From the NCBI GenBank assembly GCA_051942205.1, contig JAVECO010000088.1:1-64000 (forward strand): a stretch of 64,000 nt of DNA. Reading direction: 5' to 3'. This document shows, piece after piece, positions 10,456-23,251 of this stretch (position 1 is its first letter; each line of letters starts with the position of its first letter). The translations under genes and the position numbers were made by a program. The notes under the pieces were generated by a model that worked only from the letters and a program-made list of their open reading frames with translations, was not told where the DNA came from and made no database searches. The stretch is from Coniocarpon cinnabarinum. Taxonomy: Eukaryota.

Positions 10456-13149
10456 ATGCTGGCACAAATAGCATGTGATCCGCCTCTAGGTCAACCTTCG
10501 ACCATACGAGCCCTGGAAAGAGACTGGGGTAAAGACGTCCAGTACAGAGTCACGTTCAATGCATTGCTTGTCACAACAGAGAGCAACCGTAGTCAGCCAT
10601 TCGAGGTGCAGATTTGGCACAATCTGTATTCTGAGAAAATCTCAGACGAATGGAAGCCTTTGCCATTGAGCGAGCGTAGTGCTGGAGGCGATCGCTCTGT
10701 GGACAATCTGTTTGATAGCAGATTGCTTCAGTCTCGACATGCTCGTTGGTACCAGGGCTGCCTGTACGGCAAGCCAAACGACTTAGAAGGTCGTGCACGT
10801 ACGTCCGTGCGCTTCACTATACGCTTCAAGTCCATTGGCGACGGCGATTCTGTTTCGTGGAAATGGGCAAATGAGCACCGTGGCTCGGACGATGGGATCC
10901 TTCTCTACCAGCCTGAAGGCTTACACATACCTCTCGCAACCCTGGAAGATTTCCTCGAACTTCCTAGCGCAAGTCAGCTCAGAGTGCTCCCACGCCCGAG
11001 TGAAACGCCGTACACGCTTGTGTGGTTGCTGACAGCGCTCGATGTTCCCGGCGCCGGCAGGCTTCCTCAATATGTCAAACATGAGCTCGGCATAGTGAAG
11101 AATTCGATTCGATGGTTCGCACTCGTCTGGACGCGAACGCATTGGCTGATACCTCAGCATGGACATTCGGAGCTAGCTGAGGGCGAAGGACTCGTGTATG
11201 CCTTCTTGCGCGAGGACGGCCTTCATGTCGTTGTGCTTGCTGTGAGCAACATACAAGCCGACGAATCCGTCACTTCAGTGCTATGTCGTGATCATACTCG
11301 ATACTCACTTGAGCTTGTCGCTCGTAACGATAGCCCCGACTCTGGCAAGACACGAGCTGTGGTAAGTGTTGGGAGGTCATTTGAGGCCGCCCTAGCTGCT
11401 TCGATGTACGAGGCACGTAAGCTGGTGAAGTCCTTCTCACCACCTACATTCGCAGGAGCGAACATGAACACTGCATGGTATGAAGACTGGCTCGACGGTC
11501 TCGGTTTCTGCACATGGAACAGCATGCAGTTCGACCTCAGTGAAGAGAAAATTACCCAGGCTTTGACAAGCTTGAGTGAAAGCGGTGTCCAGGTGTCAAA
11601 TTTGATCATTGACGACGGCTGGCAAAGTCTTGACAAACCCGGCGAAAGCAACTTTCTGCAGGGTTGGCGATCCTTTGAACCAGATGTCAAAAAGTTCCCA
11701 AAGGGTCTGGCTAAACTTGTGAAAGGAATCCGTCAGCACTGTCCAGACTTGAGACACATAGCTGTGTGGCATGCTCTATTAGGCTACTGGGCAGGTATTG
11801 CAAAAGCCGGGGATATCGCCAAGAATTTCAAAACTCGCAAAATAGCCATCAACAAAGATGCCATCTTCTCTAATGGACACATGTCAGTTGTAGACGAAGA
11901 CGAGGTGCAGAGGTTGTACGAGAAATTCTACAACTTCCTACAAGACGCTGACATCACAGCCGTCAAGACTGATGTCCAGTCCGCAATTGAAGAGCTTGTC
12001 TACGCTAAAGATCGCCACGAGCTGGGTCCAGCATATCAGAAGGTCTGGCAGAATGCATATCTCCGCTTCTTCGGCGGCCGAGCAATCGGATGTATGGCAC
12101 ATACTCCCAACAATCTGTTCAGTCTCCTCGGGTTTGACTACGGCCCCGAATTGCCTTTTCGAAACAGTGACGATTTCTTCCCGCACGAGGAGTCCAGTCA
12201 TCCTTGGCACATCTTCTGTAATGCGCACAATGCGCTCTTCACCAGCTTTCTTAATGTTATCCCGGACTGGGATATGTTCCAGACTGCACATGCCTGGGGA
12301 TCTTGGCACGCTGCTGCTCGATGCTTGTCCGGAGGGCCAATTTTCATCACCGATGTGCCTGGCAAGTTTGACAGCAATTTGCTACAGAGTGTGACAGCTC
12401 TGAGCCCAAGCGGAAACACCGTGGTGCTTCGGCCCCGCTGCTTCGGGCGCACGTCACATGTCTACCGCGCCTACGACGATGATGACGGCGGGATGTGGAG
12501 AATAGTGGCGTACCACGGCTCTGCTGGCCGCGGTGGCACAAGCTTGATGGGCGTCTTCAATGGGAGAAATCGAGCCTTGACCGAAGTCGTCAAAGTGCAA
12601 GACTTCATGGGCACGGATGATCTCAATGAATATATCGTCCGAAGCTATCGGAACGCCATCACGAGCGACGTTAAGACCGTTGATTCAGTAGTCGGGATTG
12701 GCCTGGAGGCTAATAGCTGGGACATCTTGACGGCATATCCAATCTCTTCGATCAGCACTGCTTCCAGCAAGGCAGACGTGGCATCGCTGGGCTTGCTAGA
12801 CTGCATGTCTGGTAGCGTGGCACTTTTGTCAACAAGCGTTGAGGTGCGACCATTGGTAGACGGGGGAGCATCGCAGCGCCTGCGAGTCAAGAATGTGCTC
12901 AAAGCATTGGGAGCAGCTGGATTCTGGATTCGTTCTATGCACGCCACCCCATCGATTGAGGAAATTCTCGTCACCATCGACATGCACATCGTACCTGCTT
13001 ATTGCGTTTATGTTGAGCATCTTGGCGATAGTGCCGGCGGACGACAACGTTATCTGGTTCATATCGATACAAGAAAGGCATGGAAAGAGCTTAATGTGCC
13101 TACCACTGGCCGGAACGAAGTGCAGGTGGATTTGTGGGTTCCAGTCTGA
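10456..13149 (+). CDS. GH36 raffinose synthase/Sip1-like alpha-galactosidase
   Basis: 897-aa ORF with GFCTWNS, LIIDDGWQ, VWHALLGYWAG, VKTDVQ, RNSDDFFP, PDWDMFQT and HAAARCLSGGPIFITDVPG motifs of the Sip1/raffinose synthase family. Confidence 0.92.
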   Translation: MLAQIACDPPLGQPSTIRALERDWGKDVQYRVTFNALLVTTESNRSQPFEVQIWHNLYSEKISDEWKPLPLSERSAGGDRSVDNLFDSRLLQSRHARWYQGCLYGKPNDLEGRARTSVRFTIRFKSIGDGDSVSWKWANEHRGSDDGILLYQPEGLHIPLATLEDFLELPSASQLRVLPRPSETPYTLVWLLTALDVPGAGRLPQYVKHELGIVKNSIRWFALVWTRTHWLIPQHGHSELAEGEGLVYAFLREDGLHVVVLAVSNIQADESVTSVLCRDHTRYSLELVARNDSPDSGKTRAVVSVGRSFEAALAASMYEARKLVKSFSPPTFAGANMNTAWYEDWLDGLGFCTWNSMQFDLSEEKITQALTSLSESGVQVSNLIIDDGWQSLDKPGESNFLQGWRSFEPDVKKFPKGLAKLVKGIRQHCPDLRHIAVWHALLGYWAGIAKAGDIAKNFKTRKIAINKDAIFSNGHMSVVDEDEVQRLYEKFYNFLQDADITAVKTDVQSAIEELVYAKDRHELGPAYQKVWQNAYLRFFGGRAIGCMAHTPNNLFSLLGFDYGPELPFRNSDDFFPHEESSHPWHIFCNAHNALFTSFLNVIPDWDMFQTAHAWGSWHAAARCLSGGPIFITDVPGKFDSNLLQSVTALSPSGNTVVLRPRCFGRTSHVYRAYDDDDGGMWRIVAYHGSAGRGGTSLMGVFNGRNRALTEVVKVQDFMGTDDLNEYIVRSYRNAITSDVKTVDSVVGIGLEANSWDILTAYPISSISTASSKADVASLGLLDCMSGSVALLSTSVEVRPLVDGGASQRLRVKNVLKALGAAGFWIRSMHATPSIEEILVTIDMHIVPAYCVYVEHLGDSAGGRQRYLVHIDTRKAWKELNVPTTGRNEVQVDLWVPV

Positions 13150-14477
13150 TTTCCGCGCTGTAACGGTCCTCACACGGTCGGTATGACTATCGAACTCTAA
13201 ATACAAGCAGCAAAAATTTGTCTTTGCAGAGAAGATATAATACTCTTATTCTGTGTTTCATTAGTATGCGCGAAGTGTCTTAGTACCTTGTCGCACTTAG
13301 ATGAAAGAGCCTTTATGATGCGGAAATATGGGGCATGAGACTACGATACTTGCCGTGGAGTTCATTTGAGAGAAAAGAATGATGCAGTTACTTGAGGACA
13401 TATGCTCTTGGCCTAGACCTGACGACAGAATGACATGCGACCTTGAGAGCTAGGTCTGCTTTTCAACACATCTGCAGTAGTAATTGATGTGTTTCTCGAT
13501 CAAGAGCCCCTACGATATAAAGATATGCAGTTGTTCATCTATTGGTAGTCCGGCGATCTGCCTATATCATGATTTGAATATAACATTACTGTATACAGGC
13601 ATGGCTGATCCACACTGCGGGACAACCACATAATAGGCGCATTCACGCAACTTCTGAACGCGAGGGACAGCCTTTGATCTGCGCCGGCCAGATGCCTTCT
13701 CGGGTATGTCGACGAGGTATCATCTTGCCCAGGCATACTGCAGCATTCGATGATCTAGCTTCCCATTTGTTCAACTTCGACCCTTGAAAATGACCGGTGT
13801 CATTCGTGAGTTGCCCTCTACACAGAGGTGGCAGGTTTTGAGCCGATGGCACCGGAAAGGGTCCTGCATACAGTACCGCTTGGGCATGCATCGCTCAGAT
13901 TCGGATGTCTTCTTGCCCTCGCCTTCGCCCTTCTTGGCCTGAGTCTCATTCCGAAGTGCCTCTGCCATGGAATCAATTAACTCTACGGCCACTTTACAGA
14001 GCTTGATCGTGCCGAGTTTTGTGGTCGGCCGAAGTCCTTCAACCGCTCTTCGGCAGTGTTTCTGAAGTACTACGTCGCAACCGTCCTCGGGATTGCTGCC
14101 ACGCTGGCATGCTCAAGTTTTTTAGGCTGACCCCGAGCTTGCACCGATGTGCGCACGGGCGACATGACTGCTGTGCTTGTCCGTTGGCCTATTGATGAAG
14201 ACTTCCCTGCTTCGAGACTTGTCTTCTATAGATCGATTGCGTCAACCCGACATAAGCCTGTGCTTGTCGTCAGCTTGTTGACTTCACTCGTCGTTCTGAT
14301 GGGCTCATTCGATTTGGGTACTCTGCTGCTGCTGCTCTCGGTTCTTGCTCGATCGGGAACACCGGTGGCTAGACCACTTTTGTTCCTTTCAGCCCCGGAA
14401 CCCACAGCATTGCTTGCACGGTCGACCACCGAAGCAGAGGCAGACTTATAGCTGCAAGCGAGGCTCTCCCTTGACGA

Positions 14478-15441
14478 CTATTTTGGGACCGAATGCCCAC
14501 TCGTCATCTTTTTGGAGGATTCTCCCGTGGCTGACTCGTCAGTCTTCGGCTTCACAAAGCCTGGATGTTTCACGGCCACCAAACACTGTCGAGGGATTCG
14601 CCACATGGTATAGAAAGCGCGTTTGTCTAGATCGACCATCAGGTCAGCCACATTGACCTCACCGCTGTCCCATTGTGCATCCCAACGGTTACCACGTTGT
14701 ATCCGATTCTCATGGTCAAGGTTGCTCTCATGCGACAGCCTTTCCCGTATGCGTTCAAAGAAGTCTCCTCTACTCTGCCATGGGTGCTCGTACGAAGGTC
14801 CAAATGGACAAGTACCCGTTCCGTGGCCTTTTGGAACCTTGAAGGTCACCATGAAGTCCCCGCGGCCGTCTGTGCTGTGCGCCTCAGGCGCATTCCTCGC
14901 CGGCACCACGCACCACGAGCCATCGTAGATCAAACCCAATGCCGCCGTAACGTCAAGGCGCAGGGACTCACACTAAATACCTCAATGTCAGTAGTCCGAC
15001 TTGGCTGGATACTTGTCGACGAGTTCGTTCACGGCAAACATACTAGAACATCTATGTCAGGACAGTCCCTGTTTTCAAAGACAGGGTCTTCCATGGAGGA
15101 ATTAGCCTTTGACATTGGATCGCTGTTGGGTATCGAAGTGCCTTACCTGACGGGAACTGACCGCGAAAGATCCATGCTGTTGCAAAACATCAGATGTGAG
15201 TGTAGGTATATAGAGCATCGAGGAGACACTCACAATCCTCGGTATCCAGGACCTTTCTGAACCCAGTCTGCCGTTCTAGAGCGACTGTGACGTCTTCCAG
15301 GGACGCCCAACCATATTTCTCAATTAATTGACTCCAAGAGGAGCCCAAATCTCTGATTAGGGGGAGCCGCTCATGCGGCTGCACACCCTGCAAGCTCAAC
15401 TGCTCATCTCTACGTGCGTCCATGTCGACGTCCATATCGAC
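14478..15441 (-). CDS. Multi-exon hypothetical protein, possibly degenerate
   Basis: ORF segments (MDVDMDARRDEQ...; CESLRLDVTAALGLIYDGSWCVVPARNAP...) are separated by several intron-like sequences (GTGAGT/GTAAGG/GTATGT donors, CTGAC/CTAAT branches). Exact exon boundaries are not resolved and no family was recognised. Confidence 0.35.
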
Positions 15442-16096
15442 AGAATGAACAGTGCGAAGAGGAAAAGAGATGGAGGAAGAGAGGAGGAGGAAGGATAAAG
15501 ATGCAAAAGGAATTATCTCCAAAATCCGAGGTAGCAGGTGATAGGCAAAACCGATAATCGAACTTCACGCTCATTCTGCATTTTTTATATCCTTCTCTAG
15601 CTCTTTACCACCGGGTAGTGGAGAACGCCACGGGACGAACATAGGTCACCATAGAGGAAAGGGGACATATGCCACCGTAATGCCTGCGTCCTCACATTTT
15701 GCGGATGCAGCAGCATATATAGAGATGGCGGACTAGGAAAAACATTGAGAAAGGACCTCAAATGGTCTAACCTTCGCACTAGTAAGCGGGCGTACATCAG
15801 GGTCAGAAGCATAAAAAACGGGATAATAGGTTGGTAGGTGATATTCATGCTTCGCTTGATGTTTCATCATTCTACTGGGGTATTCTGGCGCCTCAGCAGG
15901 TGCCTCTATCGTACATCGTTACATTCTGCACATGGTTGTTTATAATACATTAGAAACGTTGATCTCTTGCGTTGAGAGAACCTGAAGAACTAAAAGGGGG
16001 TCGTGTCTGCGCCAGCGCATCAACTTTCGGTAAGTGTAGCGGTGCTACGCCCTTTGTAGCACATGTAGGAGTCAGCTCGAGGTGAAAGGGATCGTG

Positions 16097-16864
16097 CTAT
16101 TCGACATCGTCTGGAATCGTAGTTGGTTGACCATAAGTAGTGGTGGGACCTGCCCAAGCACCCGTACCTCCGACTTCGTGCTCGGTAGAGGAAATGAATG
16201 TGTGATGGCGGTCCGGATCGCTTAGGTTCATTGGGATCTGATCGTCAAGAGAAACCGCATTAGTAGATTCTAACGCGTGGCGACGGTTGGCAACGGGAAC
16301 ATGGGCGGGAGACTGGGATGTAGTGGCAGACCGAGACCGTTTAGAGAGTGTGCCAAGCTTGTGTCGGAGCTTTTCTTTGGCTTTCCTGCCATACTCGCTA
16401 GCTTTTTCCGCGAAGGATGACAAGCGTTCACGGAAACGCCGGGCCGAGATGCGCTTGGGAGCGGAACTGTGGGCATGTGAGGGATGAGCAGGACTGCTAA
16501 CCTGGCCTTGCTGTTGATCATCATCACCAGACGTGGTCGTGGGCAGCCGGTGACAACCAAATCTCAAAGGTGCAGTGGAGCGGGTATTTGGGCGTTCACT
16601 AGGCGAGGAGGCGCTTCCAGCGTTCGTTGGAACCTGAATGAACACGGGATTGGTGACATTTATTTGGACATTTCCGTCCCTTGTGGACCTATTCTCAGCG
16701 GGTTCCGCACTCTTTCCTGGCTCCTCACTTGCCATTCGAATATCCATCTTGTCACCAGAGAAGTTTTCCTCATGACCGATTGACTTGTTGCCGGCGGTGA
16801 GTCCGTGGGATTTGTTGGACGTAAAGTCCTCGTATTGGTTACCATGACTCAGCGGTTCATCCAT
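16097..16864 (-). CDS. Disordered protein with N-terminal HET-s-like amyloid motif (paralog of 36444-37310)
   Basis: ATG at 16864, MDEPLSHGNQYEDFTSNKSHGLTAGN. The body is S/P/R-rich, with a basic helix (RFRERLSS...KEKLRHKLG) and a C-terminal EHEVGGTGAWAG; both are shared with the 36444 protein. Confidence 0.6.
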   Translation of the reverse strand: MDEPLSHGNQYEDFTSNKSHGLTAGNKSIGHEENFSGDKMDIRMASEEPGKSAEPAENRSTRDGNVQINVTNPVFIQVPTNAGSASSPSERPNTRSTAPLRFGCHRLPTTTSGDDDQQQGQVSSPAHPSHAHSSAPKRISARRFRERLSSFAEKASEYGRKAKEKLRHKLGTLSKRSRSATTSQSPAHVPVANRRHALESTNAVSLDDQIPMNLSDPDRHHTFISSTEHEVGGTGAWAGPTTTYGQPTTIPDDVE

Positions 16865-19800
16865 GGATGAAGCACCACCTTCAACGTCCAGACTCAAGCG
16901 CGTCGAAGTCTTCAATCCGGGAAGTTATTGGCAATATAATGGCGTTGGAGCCTCCACCCCCAGGGAGGAGCGAAAAAAGCCACGGGAATCTCGAGAATGA
17001 CTGAATGAGCGAATGTAATGATATTCGGTATTTTAAACGAATGTAGTTGGCGGCGGCCGCCTAGTTTACGGAACAGGATTTGACTCGAAGGCGATCAGAG
17101 TGTCTGTGGGAGATGTCAGCAGATTGAAGCCGCGCAGAGCAGCAATGCGTTGGAGCAAAACGACTGTTGCTGCTCTGATGCCACAGCAACAGAACACTAT
17201 TCGGAGAGCGCAATGGGCAGGCTTGACTCACCTACACATAATAGGCGCTCACTGACAGGCTAGACGATAATGGTCTCCAGAGGCGAAAGGAGTGCTATGG
17301 GCACCTAGAAAGGAGAGGCATCAGAAAGGTAAGCAATTGATGTTGCAGAATGATGAGCGAGGGTAAATAATAAAGCTTTCGAAACAAGATTAAAGGAGGG
17401 GAGCTCGAGATACGTCTGAGGAAATGCGTCTGAGGAAAGAAGACGCGGGGCGCGGCTCGGAGAAACAGGCTTAGGTGAATCAGGTTTGGCGTTAGATTTC
17501 GCTGTCTGTGCTTTCTGCGGGTAAGACTTTATCCCTGAAGCGACTGCTCTCATCCTTGCAACCTATTCTGAGGTGAAAAGAAACACAGACGCGAGTCTGC
17601 AGGGGATGAACAAGAGGGGTCGAGTCCGGCAAGGTTGGCGCGAGACCCTTGGGGCCGCAATCAGTATGAGAGGTCCTCATCTCTGATATGACGTGACTCG
17701 TTGCGCGTGGAGGGCGCAGATCTAATTTGTTTTCGAATGTGGCATGGGAGGTGAGTTAGTCGCAGATTCAATCCGCTCTGGCAATTGAATTTATGTCACG
17801 GACGACGAAAAATTGTATGAAGTTGGCAGAATACTCGACCACGGCTCTGTCAATAAAAAACGGAAAACCTGGCGAAATCGTCATTCGAGTAACGCGCAGA
17901 AGACTGCAATTACTCATCGCCTATCTCCACATTCCATGGAAGGAATAGTCACGGGTTTTTCCTTAATAACGTGGACACTGCTGCAGCGCTGTCTTTTCTT
18001 TACAAGCTCCGGCCCACAGAAACGGCGCTCGGATATAAGGTAGACCAAACCAAACCTGACCGAGAGGCATCTGGCAGACGTCAGAAAGGCAGCGTGGATC
18101 TTGGCCAGATTTCCCAATGAAGTTCGTCGTGACACTGGGCGACTCAGTAGGCGGAAAGTGATTGGAGAATGAAAGATACGTATTTGTAAATTGGGGTGGG
18201 AAAGCACCCACCAGAGTGCCCTAAGTTCCGCGCCCTGCTGATGGCGACTTACCGGCCACCGGAAGAATCATCCCGCTGGTTGACCACCACCTTATCGTTG
18301 ATGTTTTCGGTGAATTGAGCGGAGAGAAAATTTAAGGAATAACTTGAAAATGAATGGAATCTCCTCAAAGAAGAAAAAAACTGGAACCAAGTCCTTCTTG
18401 ACAAAGTCTAGGAGCGTCCCTATCGTGAAGAGCTCGCTCGTCAGGAAGTAACGTTGGGCGGTGGGGTAGCAGTAGCCACGCCTTGTATGGCTGTATTCGG
18501 TCCAAGTGGCGTGCAGACGTCCGTGGGTTCGTGCATTGACGCGCTGCACGGACCACTTCTCGGTGAGGCTCTCAACCAATCAAACATTCTGCGAGCGCCA
18601 AAGATGCATTCATGTTCACTGTGAGTATCCGTCGTGTTCAGAGCAAATCCACGCGTTTAACAATGAGCAAGTCAGAACCGACCATGCGGTGTCGTTGCCA
18701 CATTGGTGGCTTTTGCGTCCCTTAGTCGCCGCCATTACGCAAGCGTATTTCCTGAATGCAAGCGGAACGGACAGCTCATGGTCATGCAGCTAAGGGGTGT
18801 TTCTACCGCTGCCCCGTCGGTGCGGTAGTGTCTAGGCCATGCAAAGTTACGAAAGATACGTGCACGCTACAGCGTTACTTTCATGGTTCTTGAGCAGCTG
18901 TTGATCTGGGAACAATGTATGCCTGTACGCATGTGTCTAGTTGACGATCATTAAATGACAGTTGAAATACTTACTGCTATGAAATGGAGCAGAATGTGTG
19001 TGCGTGCGCGAAGACGCAACTGCATATGATTAACAAGTAAACGAGCACTGCGAGCACGTCGAGGTGGATTATGCCTTTGACGCTAGACCTTCTATAGAAT
19101 AGCACTTTTTCTGCTCGGCGCCATCGCACCATCGCAATCTCCATTAAGTCCGAGACCAGTACAATAGTAGAGGAACCGCAAGGAATGGAAGTCTTAACCC
19201 CAACGCAATGCTGCAGTTTGAAGGATTTGGCTACGAGCATAGTCTCCATGAAGTGCCCCAATCATCCTCTGATTATGCCATCAAGTCGCGAGATACACCT
19301 GCGAGTGTGCTGCAAGACACAATTATCGCTGAATTACTCTACGTAGAAAAATTCTTACCCAAAAACATCTGGGCTAATGTTCGAGATCGTTTGGAGGCTT
19401 GCATCTGAGACAATAAACGCTAAAGGTCTAAGACAACAGCACTTACTATAAGCCAAATTCAAGCTTCTTTGAGTGTAATGTAGTATTGGCCAGTGTACTA
19501 AGAGCGCAGATGTATGAATTTCTCTCCAGTAGCAGCTCTATCGTTAGAAAAAGACGTGTCTTCTCTACAATATTGAGGACAATAACGGTACACTCTGATA
19601 TTCCGCGCGATGAACACTTGTGTACTTGCTTGTAGGACTTCTAAAAAGCACGCTATATGATCATCACGAAAAGAAGCAGATGTCAGAACGACAGGGTGTC
19701 TCTGATTGACTATAGTTTGCAACTCTATTCAGGCCGAGATCCCTTCCGTCACCCCATCCGTCACCTTAACCCAGGCAGTCCAATTCTGAAACGTTAGGTC

Positions 19801-20689
19801 AGAAGTCTTGAGCTGGTGGAAAGGGCCTCTTCGTGGCTTGGCCTCCCCAGCCTCCCCTTACCCTTCATCCTTCACTCCTATCTCTCTCACGCTACTTCTT
19901 GTTGATTCTGGTGGGCGTTGGCTTTTACAAGTGCTGGCCCATTATCTTCCGGAAGCCCAGACAAGGCCAGCGTGCTTCTGTAGCTCCGTGCAAGGTTTCT
20001 GGCTTGAATTACACAGCCGTGCAAGCCAGTGCGTCTTCAAAAATAGCGAGAGGATGCGCAGCACCGCACCTGTTGACAACGGTGCCGCCTCGAGTTACCT
20101 TTATGCATTCTTGAAACGTTAAAACCTATCGGCCATCGTCCCTTACACGCATCTAATACTTCTCACAAATTCTTGCACCGGCAGGCTTGATTACGTGAGT
20201 CTACTCCTCCAGGGTCAAGCCCTTCCATCGGTAACTGTGAATGCCAGCGAGACCGTGCCTACAGACGGCTGCAGTTGCAAGCAAGGCAAGAAAGGCGAAC
20301 AAATATTGTGCATCGCAATCCGTCCTCTAGCAGACTTGCGATGATGTCACGTGTCGACAAAACTTGCCCTCATGATACATGTATTGCTTGTAGCGCCTTG
20401 TGAGACTGCGGGACGACCAAGTTAGGCGCTTGAATTGCACAGAGCCTTAAGTCGTTGCGCGAAGACTACAATGTTTTTTTGTCAAGGATTTCATCGCGAC
20501 AGCACATGCTTTTGTTTAAAGGCATGTCCAGGAGGTGCAAGAGGTGAAGTTTCGCTTTTGGTCAGCTTTCTTGACATCTATTCTCGTATCCTTTGCGCTG
20601 TTCGTCCAAACATGGGGCCAGGAATGACAGGACTCTGAAACCGAATTTGACATCAAGTTTAACAGTCTGTGGCAACAACGCTTAACCAA

Positions 20690-21270
20690 GGCTAATTCGA
20701 TGCTAATTCACTTCCCAATAGCTTTCGAGCGCGAATCCGCAGCCTGGAGGCATTCAAAACGCGTATGGTAGGAACTCTTCGTCTAAAATTGAGGTCGGAA
20801 ACAACAAGATTCCGGTAACGCTTTCGATTCTGGATTCAAGGGTCTATAGCAGGAGCGGTAGCCAAACATTAATTTGATGCTTATTTACTCTTGAATAGCT
20901 CTGGGAGACCTATCCACAGCTCTAAGGCTATCAAATCTCGCATGGTAGAAGCTCTTCACCGAAACATGAGGCCAGAATATCAATTGCAGGTCTAAGATTT
21001 TATGGTAAGAGCGCTTGACGAACATCAATTCGATGCTCAATTACTTGCAAACAGCCTTCGAAGGCAAGTCCACAGTTCTAAGGCTATTCAAACCTGTGCG
21101 GTAGAAGCTCTTCGTCGGAAGATAAGGCCAGAATGTGGATTTCAGGCTCAAGATTTTATGGCAAGAGCGCTTGTCGAACATTAACTCGATGCTTATTCAC
21201 TCTCTTTTAGCCTTCGAAGGCGTATTTCTAGCTCTGAGGCTATCAAAACCCGCATGGTAGAGGCTCCTCA
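20690..21270. repeat. Degenerate tandem repeat, about 3.5 copies of a ~156-bp unit
   Basis: The anchor (c)AT(t/c)AA(t/c)T(t/c)GATGC recurs at ~20691, 20867, 21023 and 21179 (spacing ~177, 156, 156). Blocks such as GGTAGAAGCTCTTC and AAGATTTTATGG(t/c)AAGAGCGCTTG are shared between copies. Confidence 0.8.
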
Positions 21271-23251
21271 CTCAGAACCTGCAAGACATCCTTTCGAGAC
21301 TCCAGGAAGGCTAGGCGCGTTGAACGTTTTTGCCGACTATTACGCGTAGCCATGTCAAAGATCGTCACGCATTGAGCCACTATGCCGTCGATAAGCTTAA
21401 TGGGCGGCACCTGGCAGGACGCCTGGCTCCGAACCGTTCCAGGGCTGCCGGGGGTAACCTAACCCCTAAAATCTGGGGACGCTAGCGGCTGGCCACTCGT
21501 CCTGGAGGCCTCCCACACTATAGCACAGCAGAAGAACTCTCAACGTGTTGCTTTTTTGACCTCACCCTTCTCCTCTGGCTAACCTTGCAGAGAAGAAAAG
21601 AAACAAGAGAAACAAAAGTGTAAGCGCAGCGCCTCGCTGAAGTCATATTGCTCTCTCCGCGTCTGGCCGCGATCGCTCCGGGGGACGTGACCGCTGTGTG
21701 GTCACGAACTCAACTTACCTGTACCCACCAAAGGGCACAAGGCTGAATGAGCTGATGCATTGCCCAGCAGAGCCTTTGACTTTCTCATACAACACTCCTC
21801 TTGTATTGGCAGGCGAGGATAAGCGCAGCTTTCAAATATCATGGACGATCACCCGCACTAGGTACTCAGGGGCAGCTGCGAGTGACGCTATTCAGCCTTG
21901 AATCCGTAGGTACTCTTCAGCCGTTTCGTTGGCCCGTTCAGCTCGTTTATTGGACTGTTTCAAGGCACTTTTGCATTGATACTGGCGCGCGGAACGCAGG
22001 CTTGCCGTTTCTCGTCTCCCGACCAAAACATCCTAACCACTAAAAGCAGCTCTTGTGCACACCCCTCTCTTGAAGGTTTGTTGTCGGTCTTTGCTTCCAT
22101 GTTCACGGAGGAATGTGCTGGCATCTTGTATAATGATTCGTCTTGCTCCGAGAGGCACGCACTTTGTCCCTCATTGCAAGACTTGTACCGAGGTCATCGT
22201 GCATCTCGGGCATTTTCCGGAGAATATCTCCATGCTTGATGAGCTTGACCATTCGTTCTGTGTTCGACATCACGAGCCATGACAAAGTCGAGATTGTAGG
22301 CTAGCGTTTGTGAAGCCTCCGCATCTCTTCGAAAAGGTTGTCGCAAGTCCAAGCGGTGGTTTCCAATCGGTCAAAGATACCTCAAACCTTCACACATCAT
22401 CGAGGAGGTGTATAGATGCTCGATCGAGCCCCGTTCAAGAAGGAGAGCAAGATGAAAGGTAGTTGAAGGTTGAGGTGAGGTCAGCACACGAAAGCGATAC
22501 ACAGGTTCCTATTGCGGGAAGGATGCATGCACGACAAGGCCACGTGTAACCCAGGCGGACGGTTGGGTCATGGCCCTGGCAACATCCATGGGTGGCCTCA
22601 CCGTAATTACAATCTTCCCGGCTCCTTTACCGCATCTACATCTGTTCCTCATTGTCTCGATACTCTTTGAGTTGCTAACATGCTCTTCCCAGTCACTTCC
22701 ATCGTGGAAGACCAATTGGTCGGCGATTCTCTGCGCGCTCTACGCCTGCCCACATTGGCGGAATGCTCGAGGGTGATGTCACTCTAGTCGACCTAGAGTA
22801 CATCTACGGTACAAAGCTGCTGAACAATGCCTCCGCAATCGTGTCTGCTTTGGAGCCACACGAAGGCCACCCTCTCCTTTCTGCACATCATCGCGTCCAT
22901 GTACCTCGACCTCATTGGCTATCAAAGAGCTGTGTCAGCCGTCCAACGGTAATCCGCCACTGAGGGACAGGCGCCGATTGCCTGCACGTCATGTATCATC
23001 ACTGTCATCGAATCGCGGCCCCTCTCTCAAGCTGATGTGCGACTCATTGCTCAATAAGATTGGTCGGTACTTTTAGAGTCCTTGACCGAGTGTCGCTCAA
23101 ACACCCTAGGCAGATTGCATTGTCTCTCCCCAGTGCTTAATGTATATAACCGCGCATTCCTTGAGTCTCTTGTCGCTCGAGCTATGTGATTCGTTTGTAA
23201 CACTGGACCTGCTCCAGCTGAATCTTCGTCGAATTCAGTCCAGCAGTACGA

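Noticed and set aside
19208..19740. Short ORF starting MLQFEGFGYEHS (resembles FQGFKFEDS) followed by stop-rich, AT-richer sequence
   Set aside because: The match is only about 9 aa and no family or transposase motif is recognisable in the downstream relic.
21451..21480. TAACCTAACCCCTAA as a possible telomerase RNA template or telomeric seed
   Set aside because: It does not match a clean CTAACCCTAA template, it is a single short occurrence, and no supporting pseudoknot could be identified by eye.
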